Shown: positions 21,273 through 30,672 of the stretch, piece after piece
Position numbering within the stretch: the first letter of the stretch is position 1
How the letters are laid out: each line of letters opens with the position of its first letter
NCBI GenBank assembly: GCA_965248695.1
Contig: CBDFKD010000002.1
Span: 4,448,001-4,512,000 of the forward strand
Direction of reading: 5' to 3'
DNA: 64,000 nucleotides
From: Acidobacteriota bacterium
GTDB lineage: Bacteria > Acidobacteriota > UBA890 > WLXD01
Position numbers and translations under genes: made by a program
Notes under the pieces: generated by a model
What the model saw: only the letters and a program-made list of their open reading frames with translations
The model's database searches: none
Told to the model about the DNA's origin: nothing

Positions 21273-22693
21273 AGAGAGCGGCGGTAGGGGCGCTTGCGGG
21301 GGTCGTGAGCCTGACCATGGCGGCAACGGCGTGCGCACCGACTGCCCCCGAGGTGCCCGTTCCGCAGCGGCTGGTACTCATCACGGTGGACACGTTGCGT
21401 GCCGATCACATGTCGAGCTTCGACTACCCGATCGCGACGACACCGTTCCTCGATCGACTCGCCGCCGAGGGGACGCTGTTCACCCGCGCCTACGCCCACT
21501 CTGCCACGACCAAGCCGTCGCACGCTTCGATGTTCACGTCGCTGTACCCGGTGCAGCATCGAGTGCAGAACAACGGCTTGGTGCTCGACGAAGAATTCGA
21601 AACCATGGCAGAGCTGATGGCTGCCGCCGGCTACGAGACCGCCGCCTTCGTCAGCATCGATGCGCCCTTGGGTGGGAACGTTCGGCAGGGTTTCGAGGTG
21701 TGGGATCAGCACCGCGTAAACCGCGATCAGGAAGAAGGTCGGAAGATGTACCGCGCTGCCGGAGACACCGTCGACCGCGCACTAGCGTGGATTGACGAGG
21801 TCACCGCAGAAGGCCGCGATCACTTTTTCCTATGGCTGCATGTCTACGATCCCCACAAGCCGCTTCAGCCGCCGGCCGATGTTCTGGAAGAGGTCGAAGG
21901 GATGATCGCGGCCCATGGCGAGCAGGCCTATCGAGATCTTCTGATCAGCCGTGGTATTCCGGTCGGTGACGATCAAGACGCTGCCCGCAACGCTGTAGCC
22001 GCCTACGATGCCGAGATTCTCTACGCCGACCGTCAACTGGCGCGATTGTTCTCCCACCTGGACGCGAGTGGGCTCAACGACGAGGCACTCTGGATCGTTA
22101 CCTCCGATCACGGGCAGGGACTCGGGGCACACGAATGGTTCGGTCACTCCAAGCAGATCTACAACGCTCAGCTCTGGGTGCCGTTGTTGTTCTGGCAGTC
22201 AGAAAGCCCGGTGGGAATTCGAATCAGCGAGCGTGTAGTCCAGCACGTCGACCTGCTGCCGACGATCAGCGGCGTGTTCGGACTCACACCCAACCAGATC
22301 ATGCCCATGCAGGGGCGCTCGCTGGAGCGATATCTCGTTGGTGGGCGTCCGCGCCAAGCCGGGTGGTTCGCGTTCTCCGAGCGGAGCCTCTACGAGAATG
22401 CGTCGAGCAGGAGGCAGCAGCGTGGCAACTACGAGTCCGGCGAGCGATACGCGCTCCAGGACATCGAGTACAAGTACATGCTCTATTCCGACGGTGACGA
22501 CGAGTTCTACGATCTGCGGACAGATCCCTACGAGCTCGTCAACATGATCGACTCCCCCGAGCTCGCCGAACGGCGCGACCAGATGCGCGACGTGCTCGCC
22601 GGGCTGCTGGAGAACATGCCGAGCGAACGCCAAGCGCAGACCGTATCGCCGGAGGATATCGACCGCCTGCGGGACCTCGGCTACATCCAGTAG
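21269..22693 (+). CDS. Sulfatase-fold (alkaline phosphatase superfamily) lipoprotein with Thr-type motif and C-terminal LGY tag
   Basis: LITVDTLRADH, TKPSHASMFT, HVYDPH, YDAEI, TSDHG, YDLRTDPYE; lipobox ATAC; ends DRLRDLGYIQ. Confidence 0.85.
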   Translation: MKRAAVGALAGVVSLTMAATACAPTAPEVPVPQRLVLITVDTLRADHMSSFDYPIATTPFLDRLAAEGTLFTRAYAHSATTKPSHASMFTSLYPVQHRVQNNGLVLDEEFETMAELMAAAGYETAAFVSIDAPLGGNVRQGFEVWDQHRVNRDQEEGRKMYRAAGDTVDRALAWIDEVTAEGRDHFFLWLHVYDPHKPLQPPADVLEEVEGMIAAHGEQAYRDLLISRGIPVGDDQDAARNAVAAYDAEILYADRQLARLFSHLDASGLNDEALWIVTSDHGQGLGAHEWFGHSKQIYNAQLWVPLLFWQSESPVGIRISERVVQHVDLLPTISGVFGLTPNQIMPMQGRSLERYLVGGRPRQAGWFAFSERSLYENASSRRQQRGNYESGERYALQDIEYKYMLYSDGDDEFYDLRTDPYELVNMIDSPELAERRDQMRDVLAGLLENMPSERQAQTVSPEDIDRLRDLGYIQ

Positions 22694-22861
22694 CGCGGGC
22701 CCCGCAAATACGGCCTGTTTTCGGGGGTCAAGGGGCGTGAAAGTGGGGTCTGAACCCATACTTTTGGCACGAAGTTGGCACTACGATCTTTTGGCGACAC
22801 GAGAGTTCGCGATGGGCGAGTGTGGGTTCTACGGTTTCTGCTGAGCGCCGCTACGGATTCG

Positions 22862-23029
22862 GCTCGCAAGACGCGGGTGATGACGGATCGCTATGTGCAC
22901 ATGACGGAGATGCATGCGGCTGAGGCGTTGGAGGTTCGCGAGACAGTGCGAGAGTTCCCCGGAGCGCGTGCAAGAGAAGCCCTAGCTCAGGGTCTCGGGA
23001 CGACTCCTAGCCGGGCCCAGGCTGCATGA
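22862..23029 (+). pseudogene. Remnant of a tyrosine recombinase C-terminus
   Basis: KTRVMTDRYVHMTEMHAAEALE resembles the catalytic-Tyr helix (MTxRYxH); boundaries approximate. Confidence 0.45.
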
Positions 23030-23324
23030 CCGCTTTCTCCTTGGTGAATACGAAGACGTTGCTCACGTATGTCATCTGATCTCGCAAGCTGCGAAAGAAG
23101 TCTTGCCTGGGGTTGGGTGCCAAGGCGCGCGCAGCGACATAGCCGTGGACGTCAGCCACCTGGAGTAGCGGGTGCTTATGCCACTGAGCCGAAGGAACGA
23201 CATGCGGCTCAACGCGATAGTTGTGGCCCTTCGGCGCTCCAACCGCGGAGAATCCGGAGTAGCCTTTGTGGGCCTGGTAGCGTTTCTTCCCGTGCAGGAA
23301 TCTGATCTTCGTTGGGTCGGCCGA
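23007..23324 (-). pseudogene. 5'-truncated DUF3800-like (RNase H-fold) gene
   Basis: Manual translation is open from the IS boundary to TAG at 23007: ...VVPSAQWHKHPLLQVADVHGYVAARAL..., matching the LQxAD motif of DUF3800 proteins. Confidence 0.55.
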
Positions 23325-23325
23325 T

Positions 23326-24729
23326 GAGTTATTTGCAAATGTTGTGGATCGGTGGATTTGTTCAGGCGGCGTCTTCGCTAGCGATCAGGTGAACTCCATC
23401 GACGAATGTGGCGCCCTCGAGTACGAGGGCAGTGAGGTGAGGAGCGTTGATGCGGCGCCATCGTTGCTGTGCCATCTCCAGGAGCTTGAATGCCATCGTC
23501 AGCGCCTTGGTGCGTGAGCCGGCGCCCTTGGTGACGCGTTGTCTCAGGCGTACGGTGGCGAACGCCGACTCGATCGGGTTGGCCGTGCGCAGATGAACCC
23601 AGTGGTCGGCGGGGAAGTCGTAGAACGTCAGCAGCTTGTCGGAGTCGCGTTGCAACGACGCCACGGCCTTGGAGTACTTGGCGCCGTAGTCGGCTGCGAA
23701 CCGCGCCATGCCCTCCTGAGCATCCTCGCGCGTTGGCGCACCGATGATCTCGTGCAGCGCGCGCTTGGCTTTGGCCTGCAGCCGCCTCGGTAGCTTGTCG
23801 AGCACGTTGCCAAGCCGATGCACCCAGCATCGTTGCTCTCGAGTCTGGGGCCATACATCCCGCACCGCCGCCCAGAACCCCAGCGCCCCATCACCCACTG
23901 CCACGAGCGGCGCCCGCATGCCTCGACGCTTCAGCTCCCGGAGCACGAACGCCCAGCTCTCGGTGCTCTCTCGATACCCGTCCTCGACCGCGATGAGCTC
24001 CTTGGTTCCGTCCGGCAAAACGCCCAGGATCACCAGCGTGCACAGCCGATCATCCTCGAGTCGAATGTTGAAGTGCACACCGTCCGCCCACACGTATACG
24101 TACTGCTTGGTGGACAGATCCAGCTTCCGGAATGCCTCGTACTCCGTGCTCCAGGCGTTCGTCAGCCGGCAGATCGCCGATGCCGACAGCCCGCTGGCTT
24201 CCTGTCCCAGTAAGATCGGCAGCGCCTCCTTGAAGTCGCCCGTCGACAGGCCCCGCAGGTACAGCACCGGCAGCACCTCCGCCACCTTCGGCGAGCGCCG
24301 CATGTAGGGCGGCAGGATCCGACTGCTGAACCGCTGCCTCAGTCCCTGCTCGTCGAGCCGCTTGTCGTTGACCCGTGGCGCGGCTACTTGCACCGTCCCG
24401 CACCCCAACGTGATCTTGCGTGCGCGAGCCCGACCGTTGCGTACCACTTGCCGACGGCCGGCTTCATCCAGTTGCCCGGCGTGGCTCTGGATATACTCCT
24501 GAACCTCCCACTCCAGTGCTGTTGCCAGCATCTGCAGCGCGCCCTGCCGGGCGAGCTCATCGACGTCCAGTGTCAGCTGTCCTTCCTCCGCGTCCGATCC
24601 ACCGATAATCTTGAGCACGGGTGGCGTCTCCTTCCCGGCCTCCACAGCCGGCTGCTGGTTGTTGATGATCCCAGCGAAGGTTACGCCGCCTTTCTTTTTC
24701 CTCCCATCCACAACTTCCGGTTATATCTC
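23326..24729 (-). mobile_element. IS256 family insertion sequence (1404 bp)
   Basis: Imperfect TIRs GAGTTATTTGCAAATGTTGTGGAT and GAGATATAACCGGAAGTTGTGGAT (reverse complement of the right end); encloses a transposase; no flanking target duplication. Confidence 0.9.
23362..24618 (-). CDS. IS256 family transposase
   Basis: LYLRGLSTGDF, YVWADG, GDGALGFW, QRCWVH, RTANPIES; GTG start after AAGGAG. Confidence 0.95.
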   Translation of the reverse strand: MLKIIGGSDAEEGQLTLDVDELARQGALQMLATALEWEVQEYIQSHAGQLDEAGRRQVVRNGRARARKITLGCGTVQVAAPRVNDKRLDEQGLRQRFSSRILPPYMRRSPKVAEVLPVLYLRGLSTGDFKEALPILLGQEASGLSASAICRLTNAWSTEYEAFRKLDLSTKQYVYVWADGVHFNIRLEDDRLCTLVILGVLPDGTKELIAVEDGYRESTESWAFVLRELKRRGMRAPLVAVGDGALGFWAAVRDVWPQTREQRCWVHRLGNVLDKLPRRLQAKAKRALHEIIGAPTREDAQEGMARFAADYGAKYSKAVASLQRDSDKLLTFYDFPADHWVHLRTANPIESAFATVRLRQRVTKGAGSRTKALTMAFKLLEMAQQRWRRINAPHLTALVLEGATFVDGVHLIASEDAA

Positions 24730-25397
24730 TGACCCACGCCAAAGGGGCGTTTGGGTGGGGCGTGAAGTTGAAGATGTTTGACTCCAACCCCGGTGCCGGC
24801 TTGGTGCCGCAATACGAGAAATCAGATCGCCGCGCACTGACCGAAGACGAGCGTAGCAAGGTCATCAACAACGCGGAGCATCGAGACTACTGGCTAGCCT
24901 ACCTATTCGCGGGTCTGAGGACATCGGAGTTTGCAGAGCTCCCGGTGGAGCACGTACACATCGACACACCGGGTCCGTATCTGTTCGTCATCGGCAAGGG
25001 CAACAAGGAACGCATCGTCCCTCTACAGGGTGCGCTCGCCGTCGGTCACTTCCGCAAACTCAGGGATGCTGCTGTGGTTCGCGGGGATTCGATGGTGTCG
25101 CCGGTTCGAGCAGCCACGTTGCAGAAATACTGGAAGAAGGATCGCGAGGCGCTAGGGCTTCCAAACGAGATCAAAATACACAACTTCCGGCACACCTACG
25201 GAACGTTCATGGCGCAGGAGGATGTGATTGGAACGCAGGCCGCGATGGGTCACGAGGACATCAAGACGACAATGGAATACGTGCATCAAGACGACCGGAA
25301 GATCCGCGAAGCATCGGCACAGTGGAGCGCAGTATTGAGTAGCGATACGCAGACTGATGTCACGAACTTGGCACTGGAGTCAGAAAAAGCCATATAG
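24730..25397 (+). pseudogene. Tyrosine recombinase/integrase, N-terminally truncated by IS256
   Basis: GLRTSE, GKGNKER, HNFRHT and GHEDIKTTMEY (complete catalytic set). The frame is open right up to the IS end (THAKGAFGWGVKLKMFDSNP), but the N-terminal DNA-binding domains are missing. Confidence 0.85.
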
Positions 25398-25452
25398 GAC
25401 GGTTGGTCTGCGGCTACTTCTATAAACCGGTGTCAGCCGGGTCGCTGGATGG

Positions 25453-26292
25453 CTAGATGGTGACGCCGAAGCGCCCCTTGAGCGCGAACGCGATGGCGAT
25501 GGTCAGCAAGAAGAAGACGATCAGCCAGTCCGTCTCGTAGCCGAAGAGGCCAACCGTACGGGTCGGGTAGATGACCTCGATCTCACTCACCGCGCCGTCG
25601 GCGGGTAGGGAAGACTCGGCCGGGTAGAGCAGCAGATTCACGAAGCCCGGCTGCAACCGGTAGGGCGCTCGGCGCACCACGGCGTCGGAAACCACCACCC
25701 GCTTGCTGACCTGCTGGCCGGCTATGTCGAACTCGACCTCGTAGTCGCCCGGGGCGTCGGCCACGATGCGCCAGGCCAGTTGATTGCGCGTCTGGATCCA
25801 CACCCGGGGGCTGTCGAGGCGCAGCCCGGCGGGCAACGTCAAGGTGGCCGCCGGCGGCTCGGCGCCCGGCGCATCGCCGGCGAGGGTCACCTGCAGGATG
25901 GTGCGCTCACCCGTCTCCAGGCCGCGGTACCCGTAGTGGAACTGCAGCTGCGCGATGACGAGCACAAACGGCACCATCATGAACACCATCGGCACGAGGT
26001 TGAGGCCGAGGTAGGTCATGTTGTTGCGCAGAATGCCGCCCTGAGCGCGCAATATCGCCACGATGTCGTCGTTGAACAGACGGATCTCGAACAACCCGGC
26101 GGCGATCTTGCGCTTCACGGCCTCGATGGCGGGCTGATTCGAGGTGGTGCGGTACCCGAGCAGCATGAGCACGGCGCATCCGACGGACACGAGAGTCAAC
26201 CCGATCATCGGGTGCAGCTGCTGGAAAGGCCGCAACACGACGTCGAATAGGAGACGCAAGACGCCGTTCACGGCGCCGAAGATGGCGTTCAT
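25453..26292 (-). CDS. Three-TM membrane protein, DUF106/EMC3/TMCO1-like, with an extracytoplasmic beta domain
   Basis: Amphipathic N-helix, TM1, charged helical hairpin (SNQPAIEAVKRKI...), TM2 (LVPMVFMMVP), beta-rich insert and C-terminal TM; the fold assignment is an inference. Confidence 0.6.
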   Translation of the reverse strand: MNAIFGAVNGVLRLLFDVVLRPFQQLHPMIGLTLVSVGCAVLMLLGYRTTSNQPAIEAVKRKIAAGLFEIRLFNDDIVAILRAQGGILRNNMTYLGLNLVPMVFMMVPFVLVIAQLQFHYGYRGLETGERTILQVTLAGDAPGAEPPAATLTLPAGLRLDSPRVWIQTRNQLAWRIVADAPGDYEVEFDIAGQQVSKRVVVSDAVVRRAPYRLQPGFVNLLLYPAESSLPADGAVSEIEVIYPTRTVGLFGYETDWLIVFFLLTIAIAFALKGRFGVTI

Positions 26293-26312
26293 GGCGGTCG
26301 GTGGTTATCCGG

Positions 26313-26507
26313 TCAGGAGATGTAGCCGAGGCCCTGGAGCTTCTTGCGGATCTCTTCCTCGGAGTCGGCCTCCTCGAGAACCGCGAGCTCCTTTTCGAGC
26401 GCGTAGGTGATGAACTCCTCGACCGATGAGTAGCCGGCGATGTCGGCATACTTCCTCACGCGATCGAGCAGCCCTGTATCGAGCTGGATCTTCCCGCCTC
26501 CGAACAT
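26313..26507 (-). CDS. Small ribbon-helix-helix protein with LGY tail
   Basis: KIQLD strand, helix, GYSSVEEFI; ends EEEIRKKLQGLGYIS; GGGAG RBS. Confidence 0.8.
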   Translation of the reverse strand: MFGGGKIQLDTGLLDRVRKYADIAGYSSVEEFITYALEKELAVLEEADSEEEIRKKLQGLGYIS

Positions 26508-26536
26508 CGTGGTTCTCCCGCCTAGAGCCCGCTGGG

Positions 26537-28555
26537 CTAGTTGGATTCAACCGTCACCGGAGCGCTGCCGTCCGGAAATCCGTCGATGCCGTATTCGGCC
26601 AGTAGCGCCGCCGCCAAGTTCTGCAACGACGAGGCCGAGCGCGTCAGCGCCCGGTTGGTCGCCAGAACGCCGGGTACGTCCGTCGGATCCCAGATGTGGG
26701 AGCCAGACCAGTCGTCAGTGTTGTAGGTGATGGATTCCGCTGCCAGCCCGCCGAGAGCGCCGTTGCCGGAACCGCGGAAACCTGGCGCATAGCCGACGAT
26801 CAGGTCGGGCCCGACCTCGAGGTGGCCGCGGTCGTGGAAGTCGCGGTCGCGTAGGAAGACCTTGGTGACTGCATGCTCGCCGGTCGCCGGATCGACGGTG
26901 GCGAGCAGGTCGCGCTCGAGCTGGAGGAGCAACTCCTCGCGATCGCCCGGTGCGACCGCCCCCTGCGGCTCTCGACCGCGAATGTTGAGATAAAGCGCGC
27001 TGATGCCGACGCTGTATGCCTGCGTCTCACGCCAGTCGACGCCGGTGAAGAACTCGCGCACGGGCAGGCGCGTGCGGCGTTGCAGCGCCATGTAGCCGTT
27101 CTCGTGCAGCCACGTATTCAGATGGAACGTTCGCCGCCAGCTGCCGAACCCGTGGTCCGACATGATCACCAGCAGCGTGTCGTCCGAGATCCGATCGAGC
27201 GTTTCACCGACAAGGGCATCGAACTCTGCGTAGACCTGCGGAAGGACGTCCTGATAGGGGTCATGGAGGTCGCTCACGTAGGCGGGGTGCTCGGGGTCCC
27301 GTGTCAGGCCCCACATGACGTGTGAGAGCTGGTCGACGCTGCCGAAGTACGAGAACAGGAAGCCACCGTCCCAGTCGTCTAGCAGGAGCTTGAATTGCGT
27401 CGTCGTTTCGGCGCGCGTCAATGCCACCTGCTCCAAGAACTCATCGATGTCGAAGACACCCCACTGGATTGCCTTGGTGTCCTGCGGCATCTCCTGGGTG
27501 TAGTAGCGGCCGGTGGCGTCTACGAGGTCACTCGCGAACGACTCCGGATGCGAGATCGGCGACGCCGGGTTGGCAGGGTCGATCTGTATCGGCGTCACGT
27601 AGAGGCCGAAGTCCGGGCGCAATGACTTCAAGTAGAAGCGCACGGCGCCGGAGATCGACATCACGTAGGGCACCAGGTCGAAGTCGACGCCGACCCACGG
27701 GCTCCATTCTCCGACCTGGAGGATGAGCTCCTGATCGTCGATGACGATCTTGGCGACCGCGCTGTCCGGATCGACGAACACTTCGAAGTCGGCGCCGACG
27801 GCGTCGGATTCCTCCAGCGTGAAGGGATTGTCGGGGAGGGCATAGAGGGTGCCGTTGAACTCCCCATCGATGAGGTCGGCGGGGTAAATGTTGCCGCCGG
27901 AAACGTCCGACTTCATGAACTGGCGCCTATCCGTCGAGAAGAACGTGAACTCACCGGGCGTGCCGCCGAGATCGGGGGTGCCCATGCCGGATAGCTCTCG
28001 GGTACCGACGCCTACCGGCGGGAAATTGGCCGGCATTCGCACCAGCGTCGTGTCGATGCCGGCGTCGCTCAGCAGCTGCCAGAAAGGGGTGCCGTAACGC
28101 GCCAGCCGGATCTCGCCGCCGCTAAGTGGGAAAACCCATCCCCCGAGGCTGATGGAACGACCCACGGGTGCTTCCTTGGTCATCGATTGATATGGCCAGC
28201 CGAAGGGCAGCGGCGGTTCTCGCTCCAAGTCGCGATGCAGGAAGTCGAAGATGCCGTGGCCGCCCGAGTCCAGGCCGGTGATGAAGTTGGACCAGGCGAC
28301 CGGGCTCTGAGGTGTGACCGACGTCTCCAGGGGACCGAACGACCCCGATTCCTCGAGGCGTTTGAAATTCGGTAAACGCCCGGCGTCGATGAGCTCCCGA
28401 GTGAGGGCGTAGTCGAGGCCGTCGATGCCTAGCACGATCATGTCGGGCCCAGCCGACGACGTGCCGCTGCTGCAGCTGGCGATCGTCGTCGCTGTCAGCA
28501 CGACGATCGAGGCGAAGATCATCGGCGACGAGATGCGCCGGCGGCCGAGGCTCAT
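26537..28555 (-). CDS. Alkaline-phosphatase/NPP-fold protein, predicted lipoprotein
   Basis: Lipobox IASC; VLGIDGLD, PQSPVAWSNFITG, HGIFDF, DQLSH, MSDHGF, WSGSH. Confidence 0.88.
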   Translation of the reverse strand: MSLGRRRISSPMIFASIVVLTATTIASCSSGTSSAGPDMIVLGIDGLDYALTRELIDAGRLPNFKRLEESGSFGPLETSVTPQSPVAWSNFITGLDSGGHGIFDFLHRDLEREPPLPFGWPYQSMTKEAPVGRSISLGGWVFPLSGGEIRLARYGTPFWQLLSDAGIDTTLVRMPANFPPVGVGTRELSGMGTPDLGGTPGEFTFFSTDRRQFMKSDVSGGNIYPADLIDGEFNGTLYALPDNPFTLEESDAVGADFEVFVDPDSAVAKIVIDDQELILQVGEWSPWVGVDFDLVPYVMSISGAVRFYLKSLRPDFGLYVTPIQIDPANPASPISHPESFASDLVDATGRYYTQEMPQDTKAIQWGVFDIDEFLEQVALTRAETTTQFKLLLDDWDGGFLFSYFGSVDQLSHVMWGLTRDPEHPAYVSDLHDPYQDVLPQVYAEFDALVGETLDRISDDTLLVIMSDHGFGSWRRTFHLNTWLHENGYMALQRRTRLPVREFFTGVDWRETQAYSVGISALYLNIRGREPQGAVAPGDREELLLQLERDLLATVDPATGEHAVTKVFLRDRDFHDRGHLEVGPDLIVGYAPGFRGSGNGALGGLAAESITYNTDDWSGSHIWDPTDVPGVLATNRALTRSASSLQNLAAALLAEYGIDGFPDGSAPVTVESN

Positions 28556-30672
28556 GATCCGGACCCCTCGGCTGGGACGCTTTCGTTGAACAGCGGCCGT
28601 CCGTCCATGTACTTGGGGGTCGGGACGCCGAATTGCTGCAGTGCCGTAGGGGCAATGTCGATCAGCGACGGATCGTCCACGTCGATATCGCGATTGCAGA
28701 ACAACACGCCGGGGACCAGCCTCGGGTCGACGCAATGGTCGCCGCTCCAGGCCTTGACGTTGTCCTCGAACTGCGGCGCGTCGACCACACCGGTGGCACA
28801 GTCCCAAGACGTCCGATAGCCGCGGTTGTAGCCGATGACGAACTCGGGGGCGTTCTCGAGATAGGGGCCTTGATACAGCTTGGCAGTATCGAACGCCTGC
28901 ACGATGGCGATCTCGTCACGCTCCTCGTCGCGTAGTCCTCGAAGCTTGGCGCCAATCTCCGTCTTCAGCTCTTCGACGTCGGCGCGCTCGACGATGCCCT
29001 GCGATTCGCGTCCCTTGATGTTGAAGAACATCCCGGACAATCCGAGACAGTAGGCACGGGTGCGTGACCAGTCGACATCGCGAAGCCATTCGGCGGTACC
29101 GTCGGCGCCCTCTTTGAGAGCAAGGTACCCGTTGTCCATCAGCCAGCGGTTGAGGTTCACACCGCGGCGGAACGAGGTGAAGCCGTGGTCCGAAAGGACC
29201 ATCAGCAAGTCGTCCTCGGTGATCTTCTCCAGTACCTCTCCGACGAGCGCGTCGTTGCGCACGTAGAGCTCCTCGATGGTGTCGCGACAGTCGCTCTCGC
29301 TACCGTCGTCGGCAGGATGCCCCTTTTCGATATAGCGCCAGAACATGTGCTGGATGCGGTCGGTGGCGTCGAACACGCATACCAGGCAACCGCGTCGGAG
29401 ACGCTCCAGAGCCGAGAAGAACATGTCCTTGCGCTCGACATCGATGTCGAAGGTCAGCTGCTTGAAGTGATGATCGTCGATCACCTTCTCGTTCAGCGCC
29501 CAGGTGTCCTCGGCGAGCCCCAGCGTCGAGTACTTGCCCTGCATCTTTGACAGATACACGGCGTAATAATCCGGGTGGGAGATCGGCATTGCCGGGCGTT
29601 CGGGATCGAGAGCGATTGGCGTCATGTACATGGAAAAGTCGCCGTTCATCTCGGTCATCATGACGCGCGCGATGCCGCGCACCTTGACCCCGGGGGCGGC
29701 GGGGAACGTCAGCGACACCCAGTCGGAAATCTCTCCGATGGTCAGGTCGACGCTTTCGGTGCCGAAGGCGACCCGTGCCCGGTTCTCGGTGCGGTCGAGC
29801 TCGGCGATGATCGGCATCTCCAGCGGTGGGCTGTCTTTGCGGAGTATGTTCTCGGGGCCCCGCAGCGTGCCGGTGACTCGATCGCCATCCATGGTGACGG
29901 GAACTCGAAGTCCGCCCTCCTTGAACTTGCTGCTTTCCGGCCGCGTCGTGAAAAGCAAGAAGGTGCCTTGGGTGCCGAGCAGGTCCGGGACGCACATCGC
30001 CGACAGCTGGGCGCCGTAGAAACGGTCTGGCGGAAAGGTGATCGGCACGCGCAGGACGGTGCTCCAGATGTTGTGTTCGCCGAGCACGCTCCAGAACGGC
30101 TTGGACTTTCGCAACAGTCGCAGTTCGGGCTTCTCGAGCGGGATGCGGAACGGACCCAGGCTCAGGAAACGATCTACGGAGCCGATCTTGGTCGACGAAA
30201 GCACCGGCAGGTAGGTTCGGCGGTCCCGATCCAGGAAGTCATAGATGTTGTGGCGCGCCGGGTGGGAGCCGGTGGAGAACGACGACCAGGCAACGGGAGA
30301 GATCGACGGGAACGTCGTCTGGAGCGGCTTGTAGCAGCCCATGTCGGCGAGCTTCTTGAAGTTCGGCAGCTTGCCTTCGGCCATGAAACGGTCTGTGAGC
30401 TCGGGATCCTGTCCGTCGAATCCGACGACGATGAACCGCCGAATCTTCGGTGCCACTTTGGTGCGGCGGGTGACCGCGCGCCACAGCGTGCGGAATGGCC
30501 AGATCAGCAGCGACGCGAACACCGCCAGGATGGTGGTGAACAGCACCAGAAAACTGCTGATGAACGCGAATCCGGCGCCAGGACCGACGTAGGCGTGGGC
30601 AGTCAGTGGGATCAGGAAGACCATCAGTGTGGTCAGGATGAGGCACGATGCGAGCCGCAAGCGCACGTTCAC
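28552..30672 (-). CDS. Alkaline-phosphatase/NPP-fold protein with signal peptide, YVGPGAG segment and TM anchor
   Basis: AHA|YVGPGAG, TM helix, basic RRTK; VVGFDGQD, PSISPVAWSSFSTG, DRIQH, LSDHGF, WSGDH. Confidence 0.88.
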   Translation of the reverse strand: MNVRLRLASCLILTTLMVFLIPLTAHAYVGPGAGFAFISSFLVLFTTILAVFASLLIWPFRTLWRAVTRRTKVAPKIRRFIVVGFDGQDPELTDRFMAEGKLPNFKKLADMGCYKPLQTTFPSISPVAWSSFSTGSHPARHNIYDFLDRDRRTYLPVLSSTKIGSVDRFLSLGPFRIPLEKPELRLLRKSKPFWSVLGEHNIWSTVLRVPITFPPDRFYGAQLSAMCVPDLLGTQGTFLLFTTRPESSKFKEGGLRVPVTMDGDRVTGTLRGPENILRKDSPPLEMPIIAELDRTENRARVAFGTESVDLTIGEISDWVSLTFPAAPGVKVRGIARVMMTEMNGDFSMYMTPIALDPERPAMPISHPDYYAVYLSKMQGKYSTLGLAEDTWALNEKVIDDHHFKQLTFDIDVERKDMFFSALERLRRGCLVCVFDATDRIQHMFWRYIEKGHPADDGSESDCRDTIEELYVRNDALVGEVLEKITEDDLLMVLSDHGFTSFRRGVNLNRWLMDNGYLALKEGADGTAEWLRDVDWSRTRAYCLGLSGMFFNIKGRESQGIVERADVEELKTEIGAKLRGLRDEERDEIAIVQAFDTAKLYQGPYLENAPEFVIGYNRGYRTSWDCATGVVDAPQFEDNVKAWSGDHCVDPRLVPGVLFCNRDIDVDDPSLIDIAPTALQQFGVPTPKYMDGRPLFNESVPAEGSGS

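Noticed and set aside
25398-25452. dif-like or tRNA attachment site at the island edge
   Set aside because: ACTTCTATAA only loosely resembles a XerC arm, there is no XerD arm, and no tRNA fragment is visible
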